A DNA stretch of 64,000 nucleotides from Oscillospiraceae bacterium (GTDB lineage: Bacteria; Bacillota; Clostridia; Oscillospirales; Ruminococcaceae). The notes under the pieces are model-generated. The model did no database searches and had not been told where the DNA came from. It saw only the letters and a list, made by a program, of their open reading frames with translations. The translations under genes and the position numbers were made by a program. Positions 9,397 to 16,373 of the stretch are shown one piece after another. Numbering within the stretch: position 1 is the first letter of the stretch; every line of letters starts with the position of its first letter. The stretch spans positions 996-64,995 of the forward strand of contig JAFSIC010000028.1 of assembly GCA_017439985.1 (NCBI GenBank), given 5' to 3'.

Positions 9397-10254
9397 ATGG
9401 CAATTCTTTTGAAGGGCGGTGCTGTTGCAGCTGCGATGGTGGATGAAAGCGCAGCGAGAGCAGCGAAGCTCCGCGCGGCGGGTGTTCAGCCAAAGCTGGC
9501 CATCGTTCGTGTGGGGGAGCGCCCGAATAACCTGTCTTATGAAAAAAGCGCCATCAAGCGCTGTGATAAAATCGGTGTGGACTGTCAGTGCTTCACGTTC
9601 CCTGAGGATGCTTCTCAGCAGGAATTGGAGCAGGTGATCCGTCAAATCAATGAGGACGACAGCATTCATGGCTGTCTGATGTTTCGACCACTGCCGCCGC
9701 ATATTGATGAAGGCGAAGTTTGCGCTCTTCTGCGCCCGGATAAGGACGTGGACGGTATTACCCATGCTTCCATCAGCGGCGTGTACACAGACAGTGGGGA
9801 AGGCTATCCGCCTTGTACAGCCAAGGCCTGTATGACGATCCTGCAGCATTACGGCATCCCGATCAGCGGAAAACGGGTCGTTGTGCTGGGTCGCTCTCTT
9901 GTTATCGGCAAGCCGGTGGCTATGCTGCTGCTTCAGCAGGATGCGACGGTGACACTCTGCCACAGCAAGAGTGAGAACCTCCGGGAGATTTGTCAGGAGG
10001 CCGACATCATCATCGCTGCCATCGGACGCATGGAGCTGGTTCAGTCTGACTTTATCCGCAAAGATGGCACACAGACCATCATTGACGTGGGAATCCATGT
10101 GAAAGATGATGGAAAACTGACCGGTGACGTTGATTTCTCTGATGTGGAACAGCACGTTGCTGCCATTACTCCGGTTCCCGGCGGAATCGGTGCGGTAACG
10201 ACTTCCATTTTGGTGGAGCACGTCATTTGTGCCGCTGAACAAACACTTGCATAA
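9397..10254 (+). CDS. folD: bifunctional methylenetetrahydrofolate dehydrogenase/cyclohydrolase
   Basis: MAILLKGGAVA start with AAGGAAG RBS. VVVLGRSLVIGKPVAMLL Rossmann segment and PVPGGIGAVTT near the C-terminus. The ORF-track start 9271 is rejected as an N-terminal extension. Confidence 0.9.
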   Translation: MAILLKGGAVAAAMVDESAARAAKLRAAGVQPKLAIVRVGERPNNLSYEKSAIKRCDKIGVDCQCFTFPEDASQQELEQVIRQINEDDSIHGCLMFRPLPPHIDEGEVCALLRPDKDVDGITHASISGVYTDSGEGYPPCTAKACMTILQHYGIPISGKRVVVLGRSLVIGKPVAMLLLQQDATVTLCHSKSENLREICQEADIIIAAIGRMELVQSDFIRKDGTQTIIDVGIHVKDDGKLTGDVDFSDVEQHVAAITPVPGGIGAVTTSILVEHVICAAEQTLA

Positions 10255-10288
10255 GAAAAGAACCTCCGGTTTGTCCGGAGGTTTCTTC
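10255..10288. terminator. bidirectional terminator between convergent folD and HAD genes
   Basis: AACCTCCGG-tttgt-CCGGAGGTT flanked by an A-run and a T-rich run. Confidence 0.7.
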
Positions 10289-10290
10289 AT

Positions 10291-10920
10291 TTATGGCAGT
10301 AATTCAGCGGCTTTTTCCACGATATCGGCGATGCAGTTCAGCTTCTGCTCGGACTCAACTTTGCCGAAGCCGTAAGCAGCATGAACAAAGGGGATTCCGG
10401 CCAGCTGAGCGGCAGCTTGGTCACTGGCAGTATCGCCCACATAGATCGCACGATCGATGTCGTTGCGTTCTATCACAAGGCGGATGTTGTCTCCCTTACA
10501 GCGGCCTGTGCGGCCGATACACTCGAAATCGTCGATGATATCCCAGTAGTCATGGGCAGAGAGGAAAGCCTGAATATAGCCGTCCTCACAGTTGCTGATG
10601 ATGCCCAGGAAGTATGTTTCTTTCAGCTTCAGCAGAGTTTCACGGAGAGAAGGGTAAGGACAGCCGCCTGTTTTCTCCAGTGAGACTACTTCTGCGGCGC
10701 AGAGATCTTTGACCAACTGCACACCATCCTCTGCATTGAGCTGAGGGAAGAGCATGGCTGCGATCTGATCCACAGTCTTGCCCATGCAGGAGCAGCTTTC
10801 TTCATAGGTAAACACATGGTCAATGCCGCGTTCCTGCAGCAGTTGGTTCCACGGAGGAATGATTTGACGGGTGGCATCCCAAAGAGTGCCATCCAAATCG
10901 AAAAGAACGGCTTGTTTCAT
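10291..10920 (-). CDS. HAD-family hydrolase (phosphatase)
   Basis: Motif I FDLDGTLWD and motif IV-like YVGDTASD, 209 aa. Confidence 0.8.
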   Translation of the reverse strand: MKQAVLFDLDGTLWDATRQIIPPWNQLLQERGIDHVFTYEESCSCMGKTVDQIAAMLFPQLNAEDGVQLVKDLCAAEVVSLEKTGGCPYPSLRETLLKLKETYFLGIISNCEDGYIQAFLSAHDYWDIIDDFECIGRTGRCKGDNIRLVIERNDIDRAIYVGDTASDQAAAQLAGIPFVHAAYGFGKVESEQKLNCIADIVEKAAELLP

Positions 10921-10975
10921 TCTATATCACCTTTCATCGGGAGGATTCTGTTCTGATTGTAACATAAATCAGCGT

Positions 10976-11009
10976 AAAAAAGAACCTCCGGAACCAAAAT
11001 TCCGGAGGT
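10976..11009 (-). terminator. intrinsic terminator after DUF1847 gene
   Basis: Minus strand reads CCTCCGGAA-ttttggt-TCCGGAGG followed by TTCTTTTTT. Confidence 0.7.
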
Positions 11010-11017
11010 GAGAGAGC

Positions 11018-11677
11018 TTAATCGAAGAGTTTTTTCTTGTAGTAGCCGTTTGCCTGGTAGATGACGGAAGCAGCATTGTGACCCAGCACACGGTCTTTGG
11101 TGAAGAGAGTGGTGCACAGGCCGTCACAGTATTTGTAGTAGAGGCTATCATGACCTACGCAGAGACCCATGAGAACGTTCAGGTCAGTGCCGGCTTTGTT
11201 GAGAATTTTTGCCTGCATGATCGGATTGCAAGCGATTTTACCGGTGGTTTCAGAGCAAACAGCAGGGATGCCCATCTCGGTTTTTGGCACGGAACCAACT
11301 TTGCAGCAAGCGCCGTATACTTCAAAGCCATGATGACGGAAGTATTTGGTTACGATTTTGGCTTCTTCTTTTACGCCGCCGCAGAATGCAATACCAATGC
11401 GTTTTGCACCGATTTTCTTTGCAAATTCTTTGGTTTCCTGCAGACGGGTCAGCTGGCAGTAGAACTCATGCTCTACTTCAGCAGCAGCGATCATTGCAGT
11501 TTTGTTTTCTTCTTCTTGATAGAGATCCATAACCTCTTTCATGAGCTCTTCATCCATACCAGTGGTCAGGCAGAATGGAGGGAATGGGGAATCCTCTTTG
11601 GTGCCGGCGAAACCGCCGCGGCCACAGCTGAAAGTGCCGCAATCGACACAGGAATGTGGGCAATTATGTTCAGACAT
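11018..11677 (-). CDS. DUF1847-family Cys-rich metal-binding protein
   Basis: N-terminal CPHSCVDCGTFSC and C-terminal GLCVGHDSLYYKY...KDRVLGHN pattern that I associate with DUF1847. Start set to ATG 11677, 9 nt after AAAGGA. Confidence 0.6.
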   Translation of the reverse strand: MSEHNCPHSCVDCGTFSCGRGGFAGTKEDSPFPPFCLTTGMDEELMKEVMDLYQEEENKTAMIAAAEVEHEFYCQLTRLQETKEFAKKIGAKRIGIAFCGGVKEEAKIVTKYFRHHGFEVYGACCKVGSVPKTEMGIPAVCSETTGKIACNPIMQAKILNKAGTDLNVLMGLCVGHDSLYYKYCDGLCTTLFTKDRVLGHNAASVIYQANGYYKKKLFD

Positions 11678-11800
11678 TTTATTCATCCTTTCATTTTTCG
11701 ATGTCTTTATTGTAACGCGATGTGAAAGTGGGAGCAAATAGATTAAATCAATGAGAATAAGAAAAATGATAGGAAGAGTGAATGGGGTAGGATAGTTTAC

Positions 11801-12246
11801 TGTCCGAATCCCTCAGCAATTCAAAATAAAAACAAAAGCCACCCTTAACAGGGTGACTTTCGTTTTTTGGCTGGGCTAATGGCGGGGCGGCGGTGAATGA
11901 GTATCTACAAAACAGGAGTAAAAGAACACCGCCGTCAACATCAAACACTTTGCGTCGTACTCTCGACGCAATTTCGTAAACGAACCCGGTTTGATGTCCG
12001 AATCCCTCAGGTAAAACAAGAGAAACAAAAAAGTCACGGTTTATAACCATGACTTCTTTGTTTGGCTGGGCTGGCGGGATAACAGCGCTTGGCGCTGTAC
12101 TGATTGGCTCGATGCACTCGCCAATCTCTCGGACTAAAAAAGTGTCACAGTCACTTTTTTAACGTCCTCGACCCTCTCAGGGTCCGAATTCCTTAGCAAT
12201 CCAAAATAAAAACAAAAGCCATCCTTAACAGGATGACTTTCGTTTT
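11801..12246 (-). repeat. tRNA-Gln-linked repeat array (two extra tRNA-Gln 3'-end copies with terminators and inverted T-arm copies)
   Basis: The tRNA-Gln 3' end ATCCCGCCAGCCCAGCCA recurs 18/18 at 12063..12080 and with a 3-nt insertion at 11868..11887. The CCA ends are 184 and 195 nt apart. Each copy is followed by a hairpin plus T-tract and then GTCCGAATCCC in inverted orientation (12180..12192, 11996..12006, 11802..11812). Confidence 0.85.
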
Positions 12247-12322
12247 TGGCTGGGCTGGCGGGATTCGGACCCACGAGATGACGGAGTCAAAGTCCGTTGC
12301 CTTACCGCTTGGCTACAGCCCA
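12247..12322 (-). tRNA. tRNA-Gln (anticodon UUG), CCA encoded
   Basis: Reverse complement TGGGCTGTAGCCAAGCGGTAAGGCAACGGACTTTGACTCCGTCATCTCGTGGGTCCGAATCCCGCCAGCCCAGCCA folds as a cloverleaf with anticodon loop CTTTGAC. Confidence 0.93.
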
Positions 12323-12336
12323 AAATATTTAGATAA

Positions 12337-12368
12337 GGAAAAAGCGGCTTTTGCAAGCCGCTTTTTAA
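12337..12368 (-). terminator. terminator-like hairpin between tRNA-His and tRNA-Gln
   Basis: Minus strand reads AAAAAGCGGCTT-GCAA-AAGCCGCTTTTT with a GNRA loop, followed by TTTTTCC. Confidence 0.6.
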
Positions 12369-12446
12369 TGGGGTGGGTAGTGAGAGTTGAACTCACGACC
12401 TCCAGAGCCACAATCTGGCGCCCTAACCAACTAGGCCATACCCACC
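12369..12446 (-). tRNA. tRNA-His (anticodon GUG) with encoded G-1 and CCA
   Basis: Reverse complement GGTGGGTATGGCCTAGTTGGTTAGGGCGCCAGATTGTGGCTCTGGAGGTCGTGAGTTCAACTCTCACTACCCACCCCA has anticodon loop TTGTGGC. Confidence 0.93.
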
Positions 12447-12455
12447 ATAACTATG

Positions 12456-12532
12456 TGGCGCGCCAAGAGAGACTCGAACTCCCGACCTACTGCTTAGAAG
12501 GCAGTTGCTCTATCCAGCTGAGCTATTGGCGC
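12456..12532 (-). tRNA. tRNA-Arg (anticodon UCU), CCA encoded
   Basis: Reverse complement GCGCCAATAGCTCAGCTGGATAGAGCAACTGCCTTCTAAGCAGTAGGTCGGGAGTTCGAGTCTCTCTTGGCGCGCCA has anticodon loop CTTCTAA. Confidence 0.93.
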
Positions 12533-12540
12533 ATATTTAA

Positions 12541-12614
<74 letters not shown>

Positions 12615-12653
12615 AGGTGTTGCTGTGATTGTTCTGTCCTGACGACGATTGTT

Positions 12654-12682
12654 ATTATATCGCACTTTAATGGAAATGTCAA
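12654..12682 (-). promoter_or_regulatory. consensus sigma-A promoter of the tRNA cluster
   Basis: Minus strand reads TTGACA (12682-12677), exactly 17 nt, TATAAT (12659-12654), about 40 nt upstream of tRNA-Gly. Confidence 0.8.
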
Positions 12683-12707
12683 CACTTTTTTGAAATTTTT
12701 TATTTCT

Positions 12708-12741
12708 TGAAAAAAGGGCGGAGTTATGCGGTTTTCCGCCC
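12708..12741 (-). terminator. intrinsic terminator after the RR-HK-HD operon
   Basis: Minus strand reads GGGCGGA-aaaccgcataact-TCCGCCC followed by TTTTTT. Confidence 0.7.
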
Positions 12742-12778
12742 TTTTTCCGGAAATCGTGGAAAACTTTTTTCAAAAAAC

Positions 12779-13438
12779 TTAAAGAATATTCTGTCCGTTG
12801 ATGCAGAGATGGAAGTCCAAATTCAGACGTTCCGCAGCTTTGCGACAGAGAAGCATGCGGTCCATGAAGATCTCAAAATAGGTGAGGACAGGAGAAATCT
12901 CAGAGTCAATGCTCAAGTCCAACGTGACAGACTTTTTGTCCTCGCTGAGAATAGTGCAGGACTGAGATACCGCAAAGTTCACACGGTCGTGAATGTCAAA
13001 AGTAGATGGCTCCTGATTGCGGACACGGCTGCGGCGCACATCGGTTTTGTCACCGAGGATGATGGCGGCGGCCACCTCGTTGACAGGAAAAGCGGTTTTT
13101 TCATCGTGGTTGCCAATGGCGCTGACGATGGTGGAAAGTTCCTCCGGGTCGCAGCCCAGCTTGTCCAGAATACGGAAAGCCATCACAGCACCGCTCTGCG
13201 CGTGGTCATGACGATTGACAATGTTACCGATGTCGTGCATATAGCCGGCGATCCACGCCAGTTCTGCGCTGCGTGCAGGGTAACCCAAAGCCAGCAGCAG
13301 TTTTTCCGCAAAATCGGCAACCTTGGTCACATGAGCAACATTGTGCTCGGTGAAACCAAGAGCAGCCATAGATTCATCCGCCTTGCGGATATAGGTGCGG
13401 ATGGATTCATCGTTTTTAATGGATTCTTTTGTTATCAA
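12779..13438 (-). CDS. HD-domain phosphohydrolase
   Basis: FTEHNVAHVTKVA ... IAGYMHDIGN ... HDHAQSGA ... GNHDE motifs. TTG start overlaps the kinase stop (TTGA). Confidence 0.75.
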   Translation of the reverse strand: MITKESIKNDESIRTYIRKADESMAALGFTEHNVAHVTKVADFAEKLLLALGYPARSAELAWIAGYMHDIGNIVNRHDHAQSGAVMAFRILDKLGCDPEELSTIVSAIGNHDEKTAFPVNEVAAAIILGDKTDVRRSRVRNQEPSTFDIHDRVNFAVSQSCTILSEDKKSVTLDLSIDSEISPVLTYFEIFMDRMLLCRKAAERLNLDFHLCINGQNIL

Positions 13439-15162
13439 TTCAAATCGTTCCTTTCAGTTTCAGAGAGAGGGAAGATAGCACAGATGCAGCTGCCCTGTCC
13501 CGGTTCGCTGTCAATGGTCAGAGAGCCGCCGTGCGCCTGTACAATGTGCTTCACAATGGAGAGGCCCAGACCAGTACCGCCGGTCTCTTTGGAGCGACTC
13601 TTGTCCACACGGTAAAAGCGCTCAAAGATGCGGTCGTGATGCTCCTTCGGAATACCGATGCCCGTATCTTTGACGGAGAGAACAACAGTATCTTCTGTTT
13701 TATGAATGCAAACATGAACACTGCCTTCGTTTTTATTATATTTTACCGCATTTTCGCATAGATTGTAAACAACCTCACGCAGCATAGTTCGATTTCCGCG
13801 AACAAAAGCAGCTTCACCGTCACAGACGATGCGAATCCCTTTCTGGTCGGCAGCAGGGAGCAGATGTTCACATTCTTCCTGGGAAAGAGAGAGAAGTTCG
13901 ACTTCTTCCTGCAGCTGTTCCATGTTGGCTTCGATGCGAGAAAGACGGATAATATCGTCGATCAGGCTGAGCAGGCGGGAGGATTCTTTACGAATCAGAC
14001 CGGAGAACATCTTGACATCGTCGGAAGAAGACGCCATGCCGCTTGCCATCAGCTCTGCAAAGCCGGAGATGGAAGTCAACGGTGTTTTCAATTCGTGTGA
14101 CACATTGGCAGAGAACTCTTCACGGGATTTCTGTGCCCTCTGCTGTTCGGTAACATCCATGAGGAAGAGGATCACGCCACTGATTTCAGTGCGGCTCTCA
14201 GAGCCGTACACAGGGTTGGAGAAGTATTGGTAAATGCGGTCACTGTCATCCTGCAGAAGATAACCGGAGACGCTCTGTCCCTCCAGTGCCTGTTCTACCG
14301 ATTGGATCAGAGCAGAGTCATCGGTCAGCTGCAGCAGATTTTCACCCTCCAGCTGCTGATCGGAACGGCGCAGCATAGCGAGAGCAGAGTTATTGACCGT
14401 CAGGATGCGTTTCTCGCGGGAAAGCATGACCAAGCCTTCCTGCATATTCATCAAAATCAATGTGATGGTGTCTCGGTCCTGTCGAATGGAATCCAGCTGT
14501 GCGCGAATGGTATCATTCTGTTGACGGATGGTATTGATAAACGGTGTCAGCTCATCATAGAAATCGGCGGGGTCGAGGTTGTCCATCTGATTGACAGCTT
14601 CCAGCATCGGCTCAACGATGCGGTTTGTTGCCTGATCAGAGAAGAAGGCGCAGACAAAGAAAAGGATCAGGCAGGATACCAGGTCCAGAGGGAGAATCTG
14701 CTGGAAGGTGCTGATGACATTGGTTTGGTTGCGACCAAGACGCAGAACCAGATCTTCCTCACCGAAGCGAAGGGCACAGTAATAGGTGTCCTGATCAATG
14801 GTCAGAGAGCGGCGGTTATCCTGTCCCATTCGCTGATTCATAGCCTGCCGCACTTCAGGACGATCACTGTGATTCTCCATGCGGGAAGAATCCGCTTTGG
14901 AATCCCAGACAACAAAGCCATCGGAGCGGATCAAAGTAATGCGTACAGACGGGTCGGCAGCATCCTGCAGGAAGCCCAGCACATCACCGCCAAGGCGTTC
15001 GATCTCGGCGGCAGCCACAGCCAGGTCGTTGCAATGGCTCTGCAGATCCTCCTGTTTGTCCTGATTATGGAAACTCATGTACAGGGACAGAGAGGCAATG
15101 GTACTGCAGAACAGGGATACCAGCGCGATCAGACATAAAGTCAGATAAATTCGTTGCTTCAT
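13435..15162 (-). CDS. sensor histidine kinase (PhoR/VicK-like: 2 TM, PAS, HisKA, HATPase)
   Basis: H-box SHELKTPLTSISGF, N-box LCENAVKYN, G-boxes DTGIGI and GGTGLGLSIVKHIV. Two hydrophobic segments flank a roughly 130-aa outside domain. Confidence 0.9.
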   Translation of the reverse strand: MKQRIYLTLCLIALVSLFCSTIASLSLYMSFHNQDKQEDLQSHCNDLAVAAAEIERLGGDVLGFLQDAADPSVRITLIRSDGFVVWDSKADSSRMENHSDRPEVRQAMNQRMGQDNRRSLTIDQDTYYCALRFGEEDLVLRLGRNQTNVISTFQQILPLDLVSCLILFFVCAFFSDQATNRIVEPMLEAVNQMDNLDPADFYDELTPFINTIRQQNDTIRAQLDSIRQDRDTITLILMNMQEGLVMLSREKRILTVNNSALAMLRRSDQQLEGENLLQLTDDSALIQSVEQALEGQSVSGYLLQDDSDRIYQYFSNPVYGSESRTEISGVILFLMDVTEQQRAQKSREEFSANVSHELKTPLTSISGFAELMASGMASSSDDVKMFSGLIRKESSRLLSLIDDIIRLSRIEANMEQLQEEVELLSLSQEECEHLLPAADQKGIRIVCDGEAAFVRGNRTMLREVVYNLCENAVKYNKNEGSVHVCIHKTEDTVVLSVKDTGIGIPKEHHDRIFERFYRVDKSRSKETGGTGLGLSIVKHIVQAHGGSLTIDSEPGQGSCICAIFPLSETERNDLN

Positions 15163-15171
15163 GAGAAACTC

Positions 15172-15864
15172 CTAACGCTCGGCTTCCAATTTGTAGCCGA
15201 CCCCTCGAACAGTTTGAATCATACTGCCAAAGTCGCCCAGTTTGTGACGCAGCTGTTTGATATGCATATCGACGGTGCGGGTCTCGCCCTCAAAGTCGAA
15301 GCCCCAGACAGCCTGCATCAGCTGATCGCGGGACAGAGCCATGTCCTGATTGCGCAGCAGGTGGCTCAGCAGTTCAAATTCTTTGTAGGTAAGGATGATC
15401 TCGTTGTCACCACAGCGAACTTCACGTTTCTGACGATCCAACGTGATCGGGCCGCAGCAGAGAGGAGGTTCTTCAACAGAAATGGCAGGTGCAGGTGCGG
15501 AAGCGCGGCGCATCAACGCGCGGATGCGGGAGAGCAGTTCCATAACGCCGAAGGGTTTGGTCAGATAGTCATCAGCGCCGGAATCCAAAGCGCTGACCTT
15601 ATCAAACTCACTGCCTTTGGCGGTCAGCATCATGACAGGAATGTGGGAGAATGGGGAGCGGCGAACCCGCTTCAGAATCTCCATGCCATCCATATCAGGC
15701 AGCATGATATCCAAAAGCAGCAGCTCAGGAGGGTTCTGGTTTGCCGTTGCAAAGAAATCGGAGCCGCTTGGGAAGCCCATGGCCTCATAGCCGCTGTTTT
15801 TCAGAGCATAAAGCACCAACTGACGAATGCTGTCGTCGTCTTCAACGATGTAAACTCGATTCAT
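15172..15864 (-). CDS. OmpR/PhoB-family response regulator
   Basis: Receiver domain VYIVEDDD...LLLLDIMLPDMDG...LTAKG and winged-helix output TRTVDMHIKQLRHKL. Start set to ATG 15864 after AAAGGAGA. Confidence 0.9.
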   Translation of the reverse strand: MNRVYIVEDDDSIRQLVLYALKNSGYEAMGFPSGSDFFATANQNPPELLLLDIMLPDMDGMEILKRVRRSPFSHIPVMMLTAKGSEFDKVSALDSGADDYLTKPFGVMELLSRIRALMRRASAPAPAISVEEPPLCCGPITLDRQKREVRCGDNEIILTYKEFELLSHLLRNQDMALSRDQLMQAVWGFDFEGETRTVDMHIKQLRHKLGDFGSMIQTVRGVGYKLEAER

Positions 15865-15957
15865 GTATGTGATCTCCTTTCGAAGCGTAAAATTTCCACA
15901 TATATAGTATATCTTTATTTTTGACAAGACACAAGGAGCTGTATTGTAAAATCAGTG

Positions 15958-15989
15958 TAAAAAGAAAAGCCCCGACCGTTAGGCGGGGC
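15958..15989 (-). terminator. intrinsic terminator after small Cys-rich gene
   Basis: Minus strand reads GCCCCG-cctaacggt-CGGGGC followed by TTTTCTTTTT. Confidence 0.7.
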
Positions 15990-15995
15990 AGGGAT

Positions 15996-16277
15996 TTAGC
16001 GTTCTTCAAAGCGCATTTCTTCCGGTGGGATGCAGGCGATCGGGCAAGCACATTCTTCAAAAGCCTGATCCAGACCAGCGAATACTTTCACGCGGTAAGG
16101 GAAACCGTTGGGGAACTCGCGAACTTCGGTGACACATTCACAGAAATCGGTATCACAATGGAAAGAGAGCAGATTGATGCCGGCCTCACCAAAGTGAGCA
16201 CGAACAGCACGGTGCAGCTGCTCTGCATCCAGAGTGGGATTGGCTTTGAAATTGACAATGAAACGGAATACGTTCAT
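15996..16277 (-). CDS. small Cys-rich protein, possibly ferredoxin-like (function unknown)
   Basis: 93-aa ORF with strong RBS AAGGAGGT, its own promoter and its own terminator. The Cys pattern HCDTDFCEC ... ECACPIACIPPEE is reminiscent of the CP..AI end of small ferredoxins but is not canonical. Confidence 0.55.
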   Translation of the reverse strand: MNVFRFIVNFKANPTLDAEQLHRAVRAHFGEAGINLLSFHCDTDFCECVTEVREFPNGFPYRVKVFAGLDQAFEECACPIACIPPEEMRFEER

Positions 16278-16316
16278 AAAATACCTCCTTGATGTCTGAA
16301 CTAAGTCTCTGATTTT

Positions 16317-16344
16317 ATTATATGCAGGAATCGAAAAAATGCAA
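16317..16344 (-). promoter_or_regulatory. promoter of small Cys-rich gene
   Basis: Minus strand reads TTGCAT, 16 nt, TATAAT. Confidence 0.6.
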
Positions 16345-16373
16345 GTAAAGGGAGCTGCTTTTTAAGAAAATGC

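Noticed and set aside
12135-12200. Plus-strand degenerate tRNA gene as the source of the inverted T-arm copies. For example, the hairpin AAAAAAGTG-tcacagt-CACTTTTTT could be read as an anticodon arm.
   Set aside because: The T-stems are not maintained on the plus strand (for example tgatg/ccctc). The loop lacks U33 and a purine at position 37. No D-arm or acceptor pairing is present.
11801-12322. CRISPR array, or prophage/ICE attL-attR pair, as an explanation for the regularly spaced repeats near tRNA-Gln.
   Set aside because: The repeated segment is the tRNA 3' end plus a terminator, the spacers are about 110-130 nt of structured sequence, and there are only three copies. No cas, integrase or excisionase gene is present in the window. 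An ancient integrase-mediated origin cannot be excluded and is discussed in the findings.
12707-13615. 302-aa plus-strand ORF antisense to the HD gene and the kinase 3' end.
   Set aside because: It starts inside the operon terminator and has no RBS. The opposite strand carries clear HD and HATPase motifs.
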